A DNA stretch of 63,857 bases, filler included, from Aduncisulcus paluster (Eukaryota), in NCBI GenBank assembly GCA_024181965.1. It is 6 parts of 6 records of this genome, joined end to end, with 100 filler letters (N's around TTAATTAATTAA, not from the genome) between each part and the next. Parts side by side here need not be neighbours in the genome. Positions count along the whole stretch, not along the records: positions 44,216 to 61,307 come from BQXS01010041.1; 5 more parts are not named here. One strand, 5' to 3'. The position numbers and the translations under genes are program-made. Within the stretch, counting starts at the first letter, position 1. Each line of letters opens with the position of its first letter. A model generated the notes under the pieces. It was not told the DNA's origin. It did not search any database and saw only the letters and a program-made list of their open reading frames with translations. Positions 44,877 to 56,657 of this stretch are shown here, in pieces.

Positions 44877-45097
44877 TCCATATATTAATATGTTTATTGC
44901 TCAATATATTCAACAATTTATTAACTCAGTCGATGAGTTCGATCATTTGAACCGATTAGTAAATAAAAAATATAATCTTTATTTTAATATGTCCCATGGA
45001 AATATATTTGAAAAATAAAGATTAAATCACTTATATAATCTTGATGAGGCTTTGCCAAGCCGACCATTAAAATCGGAAATTTTGTCCATAATATCCC

Positions 45098-48000
45098 ATG
45101 ACGGGTTATAGAGAAAAGCTTAACAAGCATAAATATTCAAAAAAAGGCGACTGTATGTAATTATTTTCATATTGTCTAAAATATTGCGTTTTTATTCCAT
45201 GTATTTTTTCTAATTTTGTTCTCTAGCGCGAAAACCTCAACATACATCATTATCGCAAATTTCTCAAGAATTAGAAACCACAAAATATTTTAAAACATTT
45301 GGTATGTCTTTCTATTTGATCCTTTTTGTATTCAGAATAATCATTTTCATTTTATTGTCTAATTTTCTTTTTATTTGAATATTTATTTTGAACCTTTTGA
45401 ATTTTTTTGTAGAATTTCATGAAATATTTACATTTGCCGGATCATCTAGGCTCGGTAGCAGCGATGGTATTGGAGATGAAGTATCTTTCTCAAAACCTTG
45501 GGGTATTGCTGTCCTTTCAAATAATTCACTAGCCATAACTGATTATAATAATAATGCAATTCGAGTGATTGATTCTACAAACTCAAAAGTTCAAACAGTG
45601 AAGTGGAAAGGTTCTACGTCATTATTACATCCTCGGGGTATTGTGATGGCAAAATCCGGTTTAATAATTTCTGACTTTGGTCATAATAGGATTAGATTTT
45701 TATCTGCTGATGGAAGTCACCTTATTAACTATGTTGGAAGTGGCCGTAAAGGTCTAAAAGATGGTATTGCCATGCAAAGTGAATTTTATGGTCCCTCTGG
45801 AATATGTATGTGTGGAGATGGATCATTATTAATTGCCGATACTGGAAATAATGCAATTCGACACGTATCTCCCGATAGGCTCGTGACCACATTAGTTGGG
45901 CCCTCCCAATCGTCATCTCCGCAACAATCTAAGCCCCTAGATGTCACTGCTGCCTCTCTGTCATCTCATACCCCCCGTATATCTTCCAGAATGCCATCAA
46001 GAAGAGGAGTTTCTTCTTCCGTTATTGGTACTCCTTCCTTTCGTGGGCATCCTCCAATGTCAGTCCATCAAACTCCACGAATGGCCCATATTGATTCTTC
46101 ATCCCCACTGTATCGTCCTCGAGGTGTGTGTGTGTGCTCTGACGGATCTATCATTATTGCTGACACTGGCAATCACTGTATCCGACACCTCTCTCAGACC
46201 ATGCAACTGACGACTCTCTGTGGTGTTCCAGGTATTGCTGGGTGCAAGGATGGATGTAGTACCGATGCTCTGTTCCACTCTCCTTCCTCCGTTGCCGAGT
46301 GTTCTGATGGATCCATTATTATAACAGATACTGACAACCACTGCATTCGTAGGTATTTCTCGGGCATTGTTGTTACGTTATGTGGCAATATGAAACGAGG
46401 ATGTGTCGATGGTGTTCTTGAAGAAGGACAGTTCAACACTCCCATGGGGCTGGTCGTATGTGGTCAAAACGATGTGATTTGCTGTGATAGTGGGAACAAT
46501 GTCATTCGTATCATTGGAGAAGAGCCTGGACGTCGAAATAAGGCAGAAGCAGAAAAAATATTGTTGGAACAAGAAGAAGAGGAAGAGGAAGAAGAAGAGG
46601 AAGAGGAAGAGGAAGATGTGAGACGAATCTCGAGGAGATCTTCAATGGCAATGAGTTCGACGCAAAGATCTACCAAAAAGAATGAAGGGTATCTTCGTAA
46701 TCACTGGAAATCTCAAGGATATCATCAGAGAGAACGAATAGGAGATATCGATCGTTCAATTAAAGTCCCCCCGAAGGTCCAACAACAGCAATCATATACA
46801 GGCGATTCTTTTGAGAGTTCATCTGTGAAGAAAACAACAAAGAAACATAAGCGACATGAAGATTTAGCTTCCGTTCCCTCTGTTTCTAAACCAAAACAGG
46901 GACTTTATGGGACAATTATCACTCCTCGAGACATTGAAAGCGGCTCTGACCATAGACATGTGCCTCTTTATAGTGGGAAAAAGGTCTATAAAGCTCTTGA
47001 TGTGGATAAAATTACTGAGTTGATGGAAAGAAAACATCAATCGGGAACAACCAACGGAAAACGAAAGAAAACGAGACCCATTGTTGCTTTGGGGTCTTCC
47101 TCTCTCATATATGAAGCACACACACATGATAAAAGACATCCAAAGAAGACGACAACAGGGCAAACATCTTCTATCCTCAAAGAAAAGTTCATAATGTCAT
47201 CTCTACCAAGCGAATCTGATATATCGAGTCCAATAATAAGTGACAGAACCACACCGATTATTTCTGATTCTATAAATAGTACAACAACAGTTTCTCACCG
47301 TACTATCCCCAATCGAGAGAATATATTAATTCCTAAGACCTCTCGAACAACCAATTTCTTTGACTCTCGGTTTGATTCTGCAGAAGTTGATGGGGCAGCA
47401 TCACGCCAACCCCCAATGTATTCTTCCTCTTCTTCCTCTTCTTCTTCTGCTCTTGGAGGAAGGCCAAGGACTGTGCAGGAAATGACTCTGTGCGGGAGTG
47501 TGACTCGTGTGAGAAGGAGGGATGATGAGGAACTTGAGGAGAAAGCGAAGGGAATTATTCATGAGAGTATTTTGGACGGAAAGAAGGAAGAGGAGGAAGA
47601 AGAGGAAGAGGAGGAAATGGAGGAAGAAGAGGAAATGGAGGATGATGATCCATTTTTAGAAGATGAGAAAGATATGTTATTCAAGGGAAGTCAGCTCCAA
47701 AACAAGGGTAAAGGGTTCTCAGTTATCTTTGGTGAGGACGAGAGGTCTCGGATGAGAAAAGAGAGGAAGAGAGAGGTGAAACGGCTTCGAGAGCAAAAGA
47801 GAAGAAGAGAGGAAGAAGAAGAGGAAGAACGGCGAAGGAAAGAAGAGGAGGAAGAAAAAGAGAAGGAAAGGCAGAAGAGAAGAGAAGAGAGGAGGAAGAG
47901 AGAAGAAGAAGAGAAGAGGAAGAGAGAAGAAGAAGAGAAGAGGAAGAAAAGAAGAGAAGAGAAGAAGAAAAGAGAAGAGAAGAAGAAAAGAGAATTCAGA

Positions 48001-50279
48001 AAAAAATGGAAGAGAAGAGAAGAGAAGAAGATGAACATAAAAGAAGACGAGAAGAAAAGAGGAAAGCAGACGTTTTATATATGCGAGAAGAAAGAAGAAG
48101 GAAGATTCGTGAAGAAACTGCTAAGAAACTTGAACTTGAAGAGAAGAGAAGAGAAGAGGAACAAGAAATTGAAAGAATTAAGCATGAAAAAAGTATAGAG
48201 GCCGAACAAGGACGAGACTTTCCGAATACTAATGTGATTACTGCNNNNNNNNNNNNNNNNNNNNCTCGGATGAGAAAAGAGAGGAAGAGAGAGGTGAAAC
48301 GGCTTCGAGAGCAAAAGAGAAGAAGAGAGGAAGAAGAAGAGGAAGAACGGCGAAGGAAAGAAGAGGAGGAAGAAAAAGAGAAGGAAAGGCAAAGAGAAGA
48401 GAAGAGAAGAGAGGAGGAAAAGAGAAGAAGAAGAGAAGAGGAAGAGAGAAGAAGAAGAGAAGAGGAAGAAAAGAAGAGAAGAGAAGAAGAAAAGAGAAGA
48501 GAAGAAGAAAAGAGAATTAAGAAAAAAATGGAAGAGAAGAGAAGAGAAGAAGATGAACATAAAAGAAGACGAGAAGAAAAGAGGAAAGCAGACGTTTTAT
48601 ATATGCGAGAAGAAAGAAGAAGGAAGATTCGTGAAGAAACTGCTAAGAAACTTGAACTTGAAGAGAAGAGAAGAGAAGAGGAACAAGAAATTGAAAGAAT
48701 TAAGCATGAAAAAAGTATAGAGGCCGAACAAGGACGAGACTTTCCGAATACTAATGTGATTACTGCTTCTCATCTGTCAATCTCTTCGTCCCTTTCGAAT
48801 ACTCAGCGTATCCTCTCAAGCCTCCAATTAATGGATTCTGAAGTACAACAAATAGTTCAGAAACAATCCCCTATTGCTGACATCTCTGGCATTACATATA
48901 AGCAACAATATGACACGCAAGAAAAGGAAGAGGAAGAAGAAGAAGTAAGAGAAGAAGAGGAAGAAAAAGGAGAAGAGGAGGAAGAAGAAGAGGAAGGCAT
49001 TATTCCAATTCCATCATCTTCCTTGACTTCTTATATATCTGCATCCACGTGTCATACAGACCTTACTAAGAATAATACACGCCACCATGATGAACCAATG
49101 GTTAAATCATCCAGAATCATCACATTTGATGATCTTGAAGATGAATTCTTTGATCTCGGTGATCGAGGACATGATGTTCGTGACGAAGTTAGATCTGACT
49201 CCTGCGAACTCAATGATGTCACCAGCCCTAAAGTTGTTGTCAAGGGAACTCCAATTCAAATAACATCATTTTCTCTTGATAAGAAGGATCAACAACCCGA
49301 TCATGATGATCCTACATTCTTAAAAAGTCTTAAAAATTCAACAATTATCCACCCAACACAGTCAATTGGTGCACAACAGAATGAAGTAGATCTCTCCATT
49401 CCTGCTGATAAGCTTATTGATACTACTGATACTACTGAACCCGGCATCCCAGCTTTTACTCACTCCAGGCTGACTATGTCAATGCCTACAAGTTCCATCC
49501 TTAGATTGCCTCACTCATTGGCACTGAAGTCTCTGACAGAGGCTGTAATGGCATTCACAGAGAGTGGATATTCACTCGAGGATGCCTTGAGTTGCTCTGT
49601 GGCTGCCCTATCCATATGTGGAGATGACGAACGGAAAGATGACGGGGCTGAAGAGACCGCTGAGGAACTTAAGGCTGGGGACACACTATGCTCTGCCCTA
49701 TTACGCCTGTCTAAGGCCGCTATCAAAGTGTGTGGAATCATGAACGAGAGTGATTTTCTCACGAAGGTGGCACAATTCTCCATACTGTCTCCATTTTCAT
49801 CGTGCTCAGCCATTTCACAGATATTTGTGTGTGAGAATGAAGTATTTCCTCCACAACCTTATCGAAGATCAAGTGAGAATGTTCTAATTTTAGAATATCC
49901 TGATTGTGATCATGTTATTCACTGTAAATATGTATTTCCGGCATTCGAATCGTCAAATAGTCCATTAAACTCCTCCATTGAGATAAAAACAGATAATTCT
50001 GATGAGAAAGTCATTGGAACTGTTGTAAATGACGTGTTGACATCCTCTATTTCCTTCCGTTTGTTTGTTCCTCAAAAAGAGGTGAAAAGGATTGATAAGG
50101 GATCAGAAAATGGATTAAAATATTATGAATATCATGATTGTGTTTATTTCATGGATTATTCCTTTGATATTGAATTGTTTTTCTGTCTCGATCACAAAAG
50201 TATTTTATATTCCGATGCCTCAGCTTTACCAAGGAAACTCAGGAGTTTGGCGCATTTCACAATCACAAAACTTATGTAA
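45098..50279 (+). CDS. NHL-repeat beta-propeller protein with ER/K-rich helical region; exons 45098-45152, 45227-45301, 45413-50279 (with an artefactual duplication at the N20 gap)
   Basis: NHL repeats (FSKPWGIAV...TDYNNNAIR, PSGICMCGDGSLLIADTGNNAIR, PRGVCVCSDGSIIIADTGNHCIR, etc.). Two GTATGT...TAG introns splice in frame to ATG 45098. Using the second copy of the duplicated segment joins ORFs 45388-48198 and 48006-50279 in frame. Confidence 0.8.
45153..45226 (+). other. 74-nt spliceosomal intron (GTATGT...CTAAT...CTCTAG), phase 1
   Basis: Canonical 5' site, CTAAT branch-point candidate at 45210-45214, in-frame splice T|CG. Confidence 0.75.
45302..45412 (+). other. 111-nt spliceosomal intron (GTATGT...TTTGTAG), phase 1
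   Basis: T-rich; in-frame splice G|AA into the NHL ORF. Confidence 0.78.
47747..48766. repeat. Near-identical ~500-bp overlap on either side of an N20 gap (47747-48244 vs 48265-48766)
   Basis: Both copies have the same start and end sequence and differ within the purine-repeat core (498 vs 502 nt). Confidence 0.88.
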
Positions 50280-50528
50280 TAGCCAGGAAATATTCCTTAA
50301 TAATTAATTTTCAGGTTATATTCCTATATATTATTGATTAGCTTTATCGTAAAACGTAAATAAAAAAAAGATTGTTTATTGCAGATATTTCATGTTTTCT
50401 TTTTACGATATAATACAGTTTTGTCAACAGTCTCATCACGTGATATCATGCCATGATCAGTGATGAAAAATTCTATTTTTTCCGTTTTTGGCTTCAAAAC
50501 AGTTTTTATTCAGAAATATTCACCTATA

Positions 50529-52307
50529 ATGGATATTGTTAGCAATGTTCTGAGATTTTTCCCATTATTTTGTTTCTTTTTGGTTTCTTTTTTCTCTACA
50601 ATCCTATGCTGTGTTCAAATTCCGTATCCCGATATGCAAGTTGTCATTACAAAGTCCGGAGTGATGGATTTAATTGATGTAGGAATGGAACCTGCCATTG
50701 ATGAGTTCATGTATGAATTAGAAATCCCACCAATTACTTTAGATTTCTCTCTCGGGATAGGAAAGGGAAAAATCACTTTAGATAATTTTGATATTGAATC
50801 CTTTACCTTTTTTGACGATGATGAAACTGTTATTAGCTTTATTAATAACAAAGGTGTGAGTGCAATTTTGCAAGGTGCTGGTTTCGTCGTTTCGGCTGAT
50901 TATGAAATTAAATTAACGACTTATCCTTACACAGATTATAGTGGAGGAGTAAGGATTACCCTTCAAGGAATTTCTGCTGATGGTGCTCTTTCAATGGATG
51001 TCAAAACAGACACCTCTGATTTGTCATGCTGTCCGACTGATTTAACCGATCCTGATGGGGATGACACCTGCCAATCTTGCGGATATATTGATTATCCTCA
51101 ATTGGATTCTCTTAAATTGGAAATGCCATATTTTGAAATCGAATTTCTTGGTGATGTGAATCCGATCCTTGAAGCCATGGTAAATTTCTTGAGTTCCACC
51201 CTCATTCCTTGGTTTGTTGAGTATTTCTCTCAGATATCAGTGTATTACATCAACAAAGATCTTGAGAATGGAACGGGATCTGCTCATTTCCACTTTACAA
51301 ATTCTGATATGTATTTCGTGGAGGATGGATGTCCTGGGATCATTATTTCAGATAATTACATTAGTATGCCCTATTATGTGGGGTTCTCTAAGCTTGTGGA
51401 TAACTCATACAAGGATCCGAACACCCACCTTGACCCTTTCATGGCTGAGGGTGATCTTTCTTGGTATCCTACCTTCCCAGAAGTCCTTACAAACACAGAT
51501 TTCACATGTTTCCTCGCCCCAATACTGCTTCACAGTTCGTGGTACCTTCAACTAGTCGAGAATAGATCCCATTGGTACAAAAATGGTTCATTCACGGGTA
51601 CCAAGAACAAACTCGAGTGTGTTTCTGGTAGAGATGGCTGCACCAGCTCTACGATGGGTCTGAGTGATCTCTCTTCGATCTTTGAATCGTCCACTTATGC
51701 TTCCCTTGGTCTCACTGAGATATCTGACTGCGATGGGTGTGATCTCGAGATTGACTGGGGCTTTGCTGATCCTGATCTTGATCCTGTCTTCCCTGAGGCT
51801 CCCACTGTCAATGTTGATGGTCTGACGATGATTTATCCTGATCTTATCGTGCGTGTCCGAGGTGTTGATCCTGACTCTGGTGATAATATTTTCACCAAGG
51901 AGTTTGTGACGACTCTTGAGTTCAAAGGGCTGTATATTTCTGACCATGTTTACATTAACTTTATTCAGGGATTTGAAGCTGTTACATCTATCGCATACAA
52001 CTCCTCTATCTCTGACTCTGACTCTGATCTCGATAGTTGGGGTGAAATTATTGCGCTAACGACAGCAGTGTACCTTCAACCTTTCTTTAGTAATTATTTC
52101 AGTTTTAACTGGGCCTGGTATCACATTGTTCCTCTTCAATACATGACATCTTGTTTGATGAAAGAGGAAGAGTTCTATTATTCTGAGGATGGATGGATTG
52201 CCCTATCTGCCAACGTTGACACATGTCTCTGCAATCGGTATTACTGGATAGATGACTCTGCAAGGGGAGACAATGGGATGTTTACTTGTATCCCCAGTGG
52301 AATCTGA
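50529..52307 (+). CDS. Secreted BPI/LBP/CETP (TULIP) lipid-binding-like protein
   Basis: Signal peptide, then 'PDMQVVITKSGVMDLIDVG...ELEIPPITLDF...GKGKITLDNFDIESF', matching the BPI N-terminus pattern (PG..V.I.QKGLDY.......L..I.IPD). Very acidic, with Cys-containing inserts. Confidence 0.65.
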   Translation: MDIVSNVLRFFPLFCFFLVSFFSTILCCVQIPYPDMQVVITKSGVMDLIDVGMEPAIDEFMYELEIPPITLDFSLGIGKGKITLDNFDIESFTFFDDDETVISFINNKGVSAILQGAGFVVSADYEIKLTTYPYTDYSGGVRITLQGISADGALSMDVKTDTSDLSCCPTDLTDPDGDDTCQSCGYIDYPQLDSLKLEMPYFEIEFLGDVNPILEAMVNFLSSTLIPWFVEYFSQISVYYINKDLENGTGSAHFHFTNSDMYFVEDGCPGIIISDNYISMPYYVGFSKLVDNSYKDPNTHLDPFMAEGDLSWYPTFPEVLTNTDFTCFLAPILLHSSWYLQLVENRSHWYKNGSFTGTKNKLECVSGRDGCTSSTMGLSDLSSIFESSTYASLGLTEISDCDGCDLEIDWGFADPDLDPVFPEAPTVNVDGLTMIYPDLIVRVRGVDPDSGDNIFTKEFVTTLEFKGLYISDHVYINFIQGFEAVTSIAYNSSISDSDSDLDSWGEIIALTTAVYLQPFFSNYFSFNWAWYHIVPLQYMTSCLMKEEEFYYSEDGWIALSANVDTCLCNRYYWIDDSARGDNGMFTCIPSGI

Positions 52308-53067
52308 GAATAGAGACAATCTCAACTTGGACATGACTGTTCTATAAATAGATTTCGAAGGTAAATTGCAGTTGCACAGTATATGGGTCTTCTCAGAATT
52401 GTATTTCATGGTTTTGCAAACTCTCCATTTTATTTTACCGTCATTCTTCGCTTTATAGTACAATATTGACTTTTTTTTATTGATCGATTGATCTATTTTC
52501 TGGTGTTCAAAAAATCGCTTTTTGTTCGTATTACCATTTTAATTTCATATATTTGATTTTAACAAAGTCATAATCTTAGATTCGCATATATATTATTTTT
52601 ATAATATTATCTCGCTCTATTTCCGGTTTTATGACTTTTTCACTAATGTTCTTTTTATCTATTTCTCTTTTTTTTTTTACGATAAAATTGTCTAATATCT
52701 GTTAATACAGAATTAATTTGCTTTTTTTTAATTGTTTTTTTACCTAATTACTTTTTTCTATTCATGAATACATCTCCATCAGCGTTCTGATTGCATTATT
52801 TTTTGAAATTGGTCGACCTTTTAGCATATGAATCAAAATTGTATCATGTAAAGAATTAAAATTTCAAATAATAAAAATAAAGACTCTTAACTCATTTCAA
52901 ATGAATCTTTCAAATCAATTTTGTTATGAATTAGTAAATTTTGGCTACTAATTCATAACAATTTCAGTGATTGAATATTTCTGTCATGGGCATACAATGG
53001 ATTTTAGACAATTCTCAAATAATTTTGGAACAACGCATCACTTGAATTGTAACATTAGAGATACCAT

Positions 53068-56055
53068 TCATTCCACGTATCTGATTGATACCGATTTTCG
53101 AGTTAATGACTTGGCTCTTTCATCATCAAATATTATTGGTCTTGTGATTTTGATCTCTGTCAAACATTCTGTCTCCTTTGATTTCCTAATGAAATTGTAT
53201 AACACCTTTGAAGGAATTCGATTCTTGTGAATGTCAATAGATACTAATGACACAGCATTTGGAAGTGCATGTGCAATAATGTCACACCCATCTCCTTTGA
53301 TTTTGTTCTCTCCAAGAAGAATAGATTTTAACCCGTCTTGACGTTTCATAATTTCAGCAATAATCTTACATCCAAAGTCAGTGATTCCACATCCCTGAAG
53401 ATTCAATATCATTGGACATGAAGCAAAGGAAGGAACAAGATTTAGGACCCCTTGATCCTCAAATCGATTATAACTAACATCAAAAGAACCATACTTCATC
53501 GGTTTGTCTCGCAATCCCAGAGATAAATAGATACAATCAGAAGGAGATAAAGAGCAATTCATGAATTTCAATGATATGAATATTGGTCGGCCAAGTGTAT
53601 CAAAAGGAGAAGTTATTCCTTGCAAGAATCGAACCAAATATTGGCATCCGTTCTTTATCATATTCATACTTAAATCAAATATAATCAAATGTTCAAGAAT
53701 GAGATCTGAGAAGAGCGATTTGCATCCGTCAGAAGATATCTTATTGTGCGACAGATTTAAACATTTGAGTTCCCTGAAGGAGGGCAAAATTTCCCCAAGA
53801 GCAAGACATCCTTTGTCATCGAGACCACAATTTGTGAGTGCAAGGTTCTGAATATTGTGAAAAGCCAAGCCTCCACATATATACTTCGCTTTTGAACCTG
53901 TCAAAATCTTGTCACATGATAGAGAGAAAGAAATCAGTCTCTCAAGAATCGAGATCATTTGACCAACATAAAATGAGGCATACTTCCCACCCTCAAATAT
54001 ATCAATATCGAGACACTCAATCATTTTGATTCCAGCGATTCCTTGAATAATTAAAGGCAATACTTTCTTGGTATCAGCATTTTTGATCGTCTCAACTGAT
54101 TCATATTTGCTTGATTTAAAACGAAATCTCCTAACTTTCATGAACCTAAGTAGAGCGAATATATATTCCACGATTTTTGGGTTAAGACACTCATCTTGCA
54201 TAAAATACTCGAATGACACACGCGGAGTGAATAAACATCTTCCAAAGTATTCAGGAGTAACCATAGAAATATCTGGACTATAGCGTTGTGTTTGAAGAAC
54301 TTTTTTCATGATTTTTTGTTGGTCAAACGAAGATAGAGAAGTTGGCATTGTATACATCAAGGATTCAAAAGAAAGGGAAAATAATGAAAAGTTTGAGGAA
54401 CACTTAGAAGATATAATTGGATAGCTTGAAACGGGTGAGAAACTAATAAACGAGGAGATAAGAGCTTCAGAATGTGGACAGTTAGGGATAATGCAGGAGG
54501 GAGATGAAGACATTTGAGGAGTTTTGTGATGGACAATTGGATACTCTCTTGGCATTTCTTTGCTTTCACAAAGCAAAGGATTCTCATCTAATTTATACTT
54601 ACTTTCTCCCCCCTTTTCTTCCTTGGATAAATCAACCTCTTTCCCATCAATCCTAAGATGAGGGAAAGATCCAAATTTCTCCCTAACTTTCTCAAGAATA
54701 TCAAAAATAGAATAATATCTGACTCTTTTTGATGTTGTTTGCGAAATTAAAGATTTCAAACACATTAATTTCTTTTTATCTTTCGGACACATGGAGAGCA
54801 GCTTGCGTCCTGCAAATGACAACTTAATTGAGCCTTGAAATGGAGAGTTCTTCATTGCTTTTTCCTGAAGGACAACATAAAGTTCATTGAAAGAAACCAA
54901 TTCCTTAATATGAAATTCAGAGCCAATGAGTCTCCGACTTTTTTGAGTAATGAAAGATTCAAGCACACACGAGAATGGCATTTTGTCCGGATAAAATATA
55001 TTCCACAGACACATTCCAAGTCTATACGGCGTATCATTAGGGATAAACCTCGATAATTCATTGGATCTCTGAACATAATCGTCAAGCGAGAATGGGAGCA
55101 TTTGAGGAGGAGTGAAGAAGATCTCTGGATACAAAGGAGTGGGCGAAAGATCGCTATATATCACGGAATTAAGGTTAAAATACTTAAATGATTCAGTAGT
55201 AGTCCCTGATTTGATCTTATCCGCAGCCTGATCGAATTCATACATGAGGAGATCATACCCATCACGAAAGGAATCTTTATCATTGGAAACAACAATACAT
55301 TCAGCAGAACCTGGGGATTTTTCATCTCGGATATCCTCTTCTTTCTCCTTAACATCATCCTTAGGGACTTCATCTGACATATAAAGATGATTGGTATCAA
55401 ATCTTGACACCGATTCTTCCAAACATCGTTTATCTTTCATTTTTCTCATGGGAATACCAACGTCTTTAAATATTAAGCGCATTTTATGGACTTGAATCTG
55501 TTTGGTCCTTGTTTGAGAACTAAAAACCTCAGTTAACATTTCAGGAATGTTTTCATCGACAACTAAAAATGAATCTAAATAGAAAGGAAAATAAAAATCG
55601 ACAAAAAAGGTCGAAATATCAGCAATAAACTCAACTAATGCTTGTGAAACTCGTAAAGGAAGTTGTAAAGGAGATCCCATCGAACGCACCAAAAAATTTG
55701 AAAGAGATATTCCTTGATAAAGATATATCAAATGACAAGATTCACAATCATCTGAGTATTCTGACATCTTCACAATGAACCGGAGAGGAACAGCGAAGTA
55801 ATTTGGTTGAGCATGGAATAGAGAAACGTGACGGACAAAACAACTCTGAAATTGAAACAATTCAGATGTAGATGGAGAATATATTGTTTTCTTAATAAAT
55901 TTCCAGTTAACATCAGAAAATTGGCACACGGAAACCTCATCAAAATGAATAGAATGGAGAAATTGCTTGGGTTCAGCACTGGCAAAATCATCATTAGAAA
56001 TCTTTGTCAAATAGCTAAATATTGCCGGCAATTTCAAGTCAATTATAGTCTCCAT
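53068..56055 (-). CDS. RNI-like leucine-rich repeat protein with a possible degenerate kinase-like N-terminal region
   Basis: C-terminal LRRs (IQNLALTNCGLDDKGC, LKCLNLSHNKISSDGC, LNLQGCGITDFGC, LKSILLGENKIKGDGC); ATG at 56055. Confidence 0.8.
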   Translation of the reverse strand: METIIDLKLPAIFSYLTKISNDDFASAEPKQFLHSIHFDEVSVCQFSDVNWKFIKKTIYSPSTSELFQFQSCFVRHVSLFHAQPNYFAVPLRFIVKMSEYSDDCESCHLIYLYQGISLSNFLVRSMGSPLQLPLRVSQALVEFIADISTFFVDFYFPFYLDSFLVVDENIPEMLTEVFSSQTRTKQIQVHKMRLIFKDVGIPMRKMKDKRCLEESVSRFDTNHLYMSDEVPKDDVKEKEEDIRDEKSPGSAECIVVSNDKDSFRDGYDLLMYEFDQAADKIKSGTTTESFKYFNLNSVIYSDLSPTPLYPEIFFTPPQMLPFSLDDYVQRSNELSRFIPNDTPYRLGMCLWNIFYPDKMPFSCVLESFITQKSRRLIGSEFHIKELVSFNELYVVLQEKAMKNSPFQGSIKLSFAGRKLLSMCPKDKKKLMCLKSLISQTTSKRVRYYSIFDILEKVREKFGSFPHLRIDGKEVDLSKEEKGGESKYKLDENPLLCESKEMPREYPIVHHKTPQMSSSPSCIIPNCPHSEALISSFISFSPVSSYPIISSKCSSNFSLFSLSFESLMYTMPTSLSSFDQQKIMKKVLQTQRYSPDISMVTPEYFGRCLFTPRVSFEYFMQDECLNPKIVEYIFALLRFMKVRRFRFKSSKYESVETIKNADTKKVLPLIIQGIAGIKMIECLDIDIFEGGKYASFYVGQMISILERLISFSLSCDKILTGSKAKYICGGLAFHNIQNLALTNCGLDDKGCLALGEILPSFRELKCLNLSHNKISSDGCKSLFSDLILEHLIIFDLSMNMIKNGCQYLVRFLQGITSPFDTLGRPIFISLKFMNCSLSPSDCIYLSLGLRDKPMKYGSFDVSYNRFEDQGVLNLVPSFASCPMILNLQGCGITDFGCKIIAEIMKRQDGLKSILLGENKIKGDGCDIIAHALPNAVSLVSIDIHKNRIPSKVLYNFIRKSKETECLTEIKITRPIIFDDERAKSLTRKSVSIRYVE

Positions 56056-56657
56056 TCTGATTTTACGATCAAAAAAAGCAATCAAACATTTGGAAAACTT
56101 CGAAAATAAAAAACTAACGTTTGCCACAGTTCACTAAAATACTAATTGAGCTTCAAAAATTAACTATAAATGTAAATTTACCAATAAAAAGTTACTTTTA
56201 GTCGTATTCTACTTTGATTTGAAGGTCTACAAACCAGTTCAAAAAGAAAACAATGAACTAAATGTTTGGAGAAATTTCGACGAATAATACAATACAATAC
56301 CAGTATTTTTGGTGTCTTTCTTAGTTAAATAAAGGATTATTTTTCTCTTGTTGATACACAATCAACCGTTTTCTTCTCTAATGTGTATTAGCGGTAATAT
56401 TTTTAATTCTCCTTTTAAATATTCTCATATATATATTATTGATCATTTTTATATTTATATATCCCATTGTTTCCTATCATATAACTTTCTGAAGAAGATT
56501 TGAGATTATTGGCGGTTTGACTGATGATATATTTTCATTATCCCTTACTCATCTCATAAAATATACTGCATAGTACATTTTCAACCACTATTTATAAATT
56601 TACTTTGAATATGATGATGTAGAAGCTTTAGCCCCAAATTCCTTTACCTATGTATTA

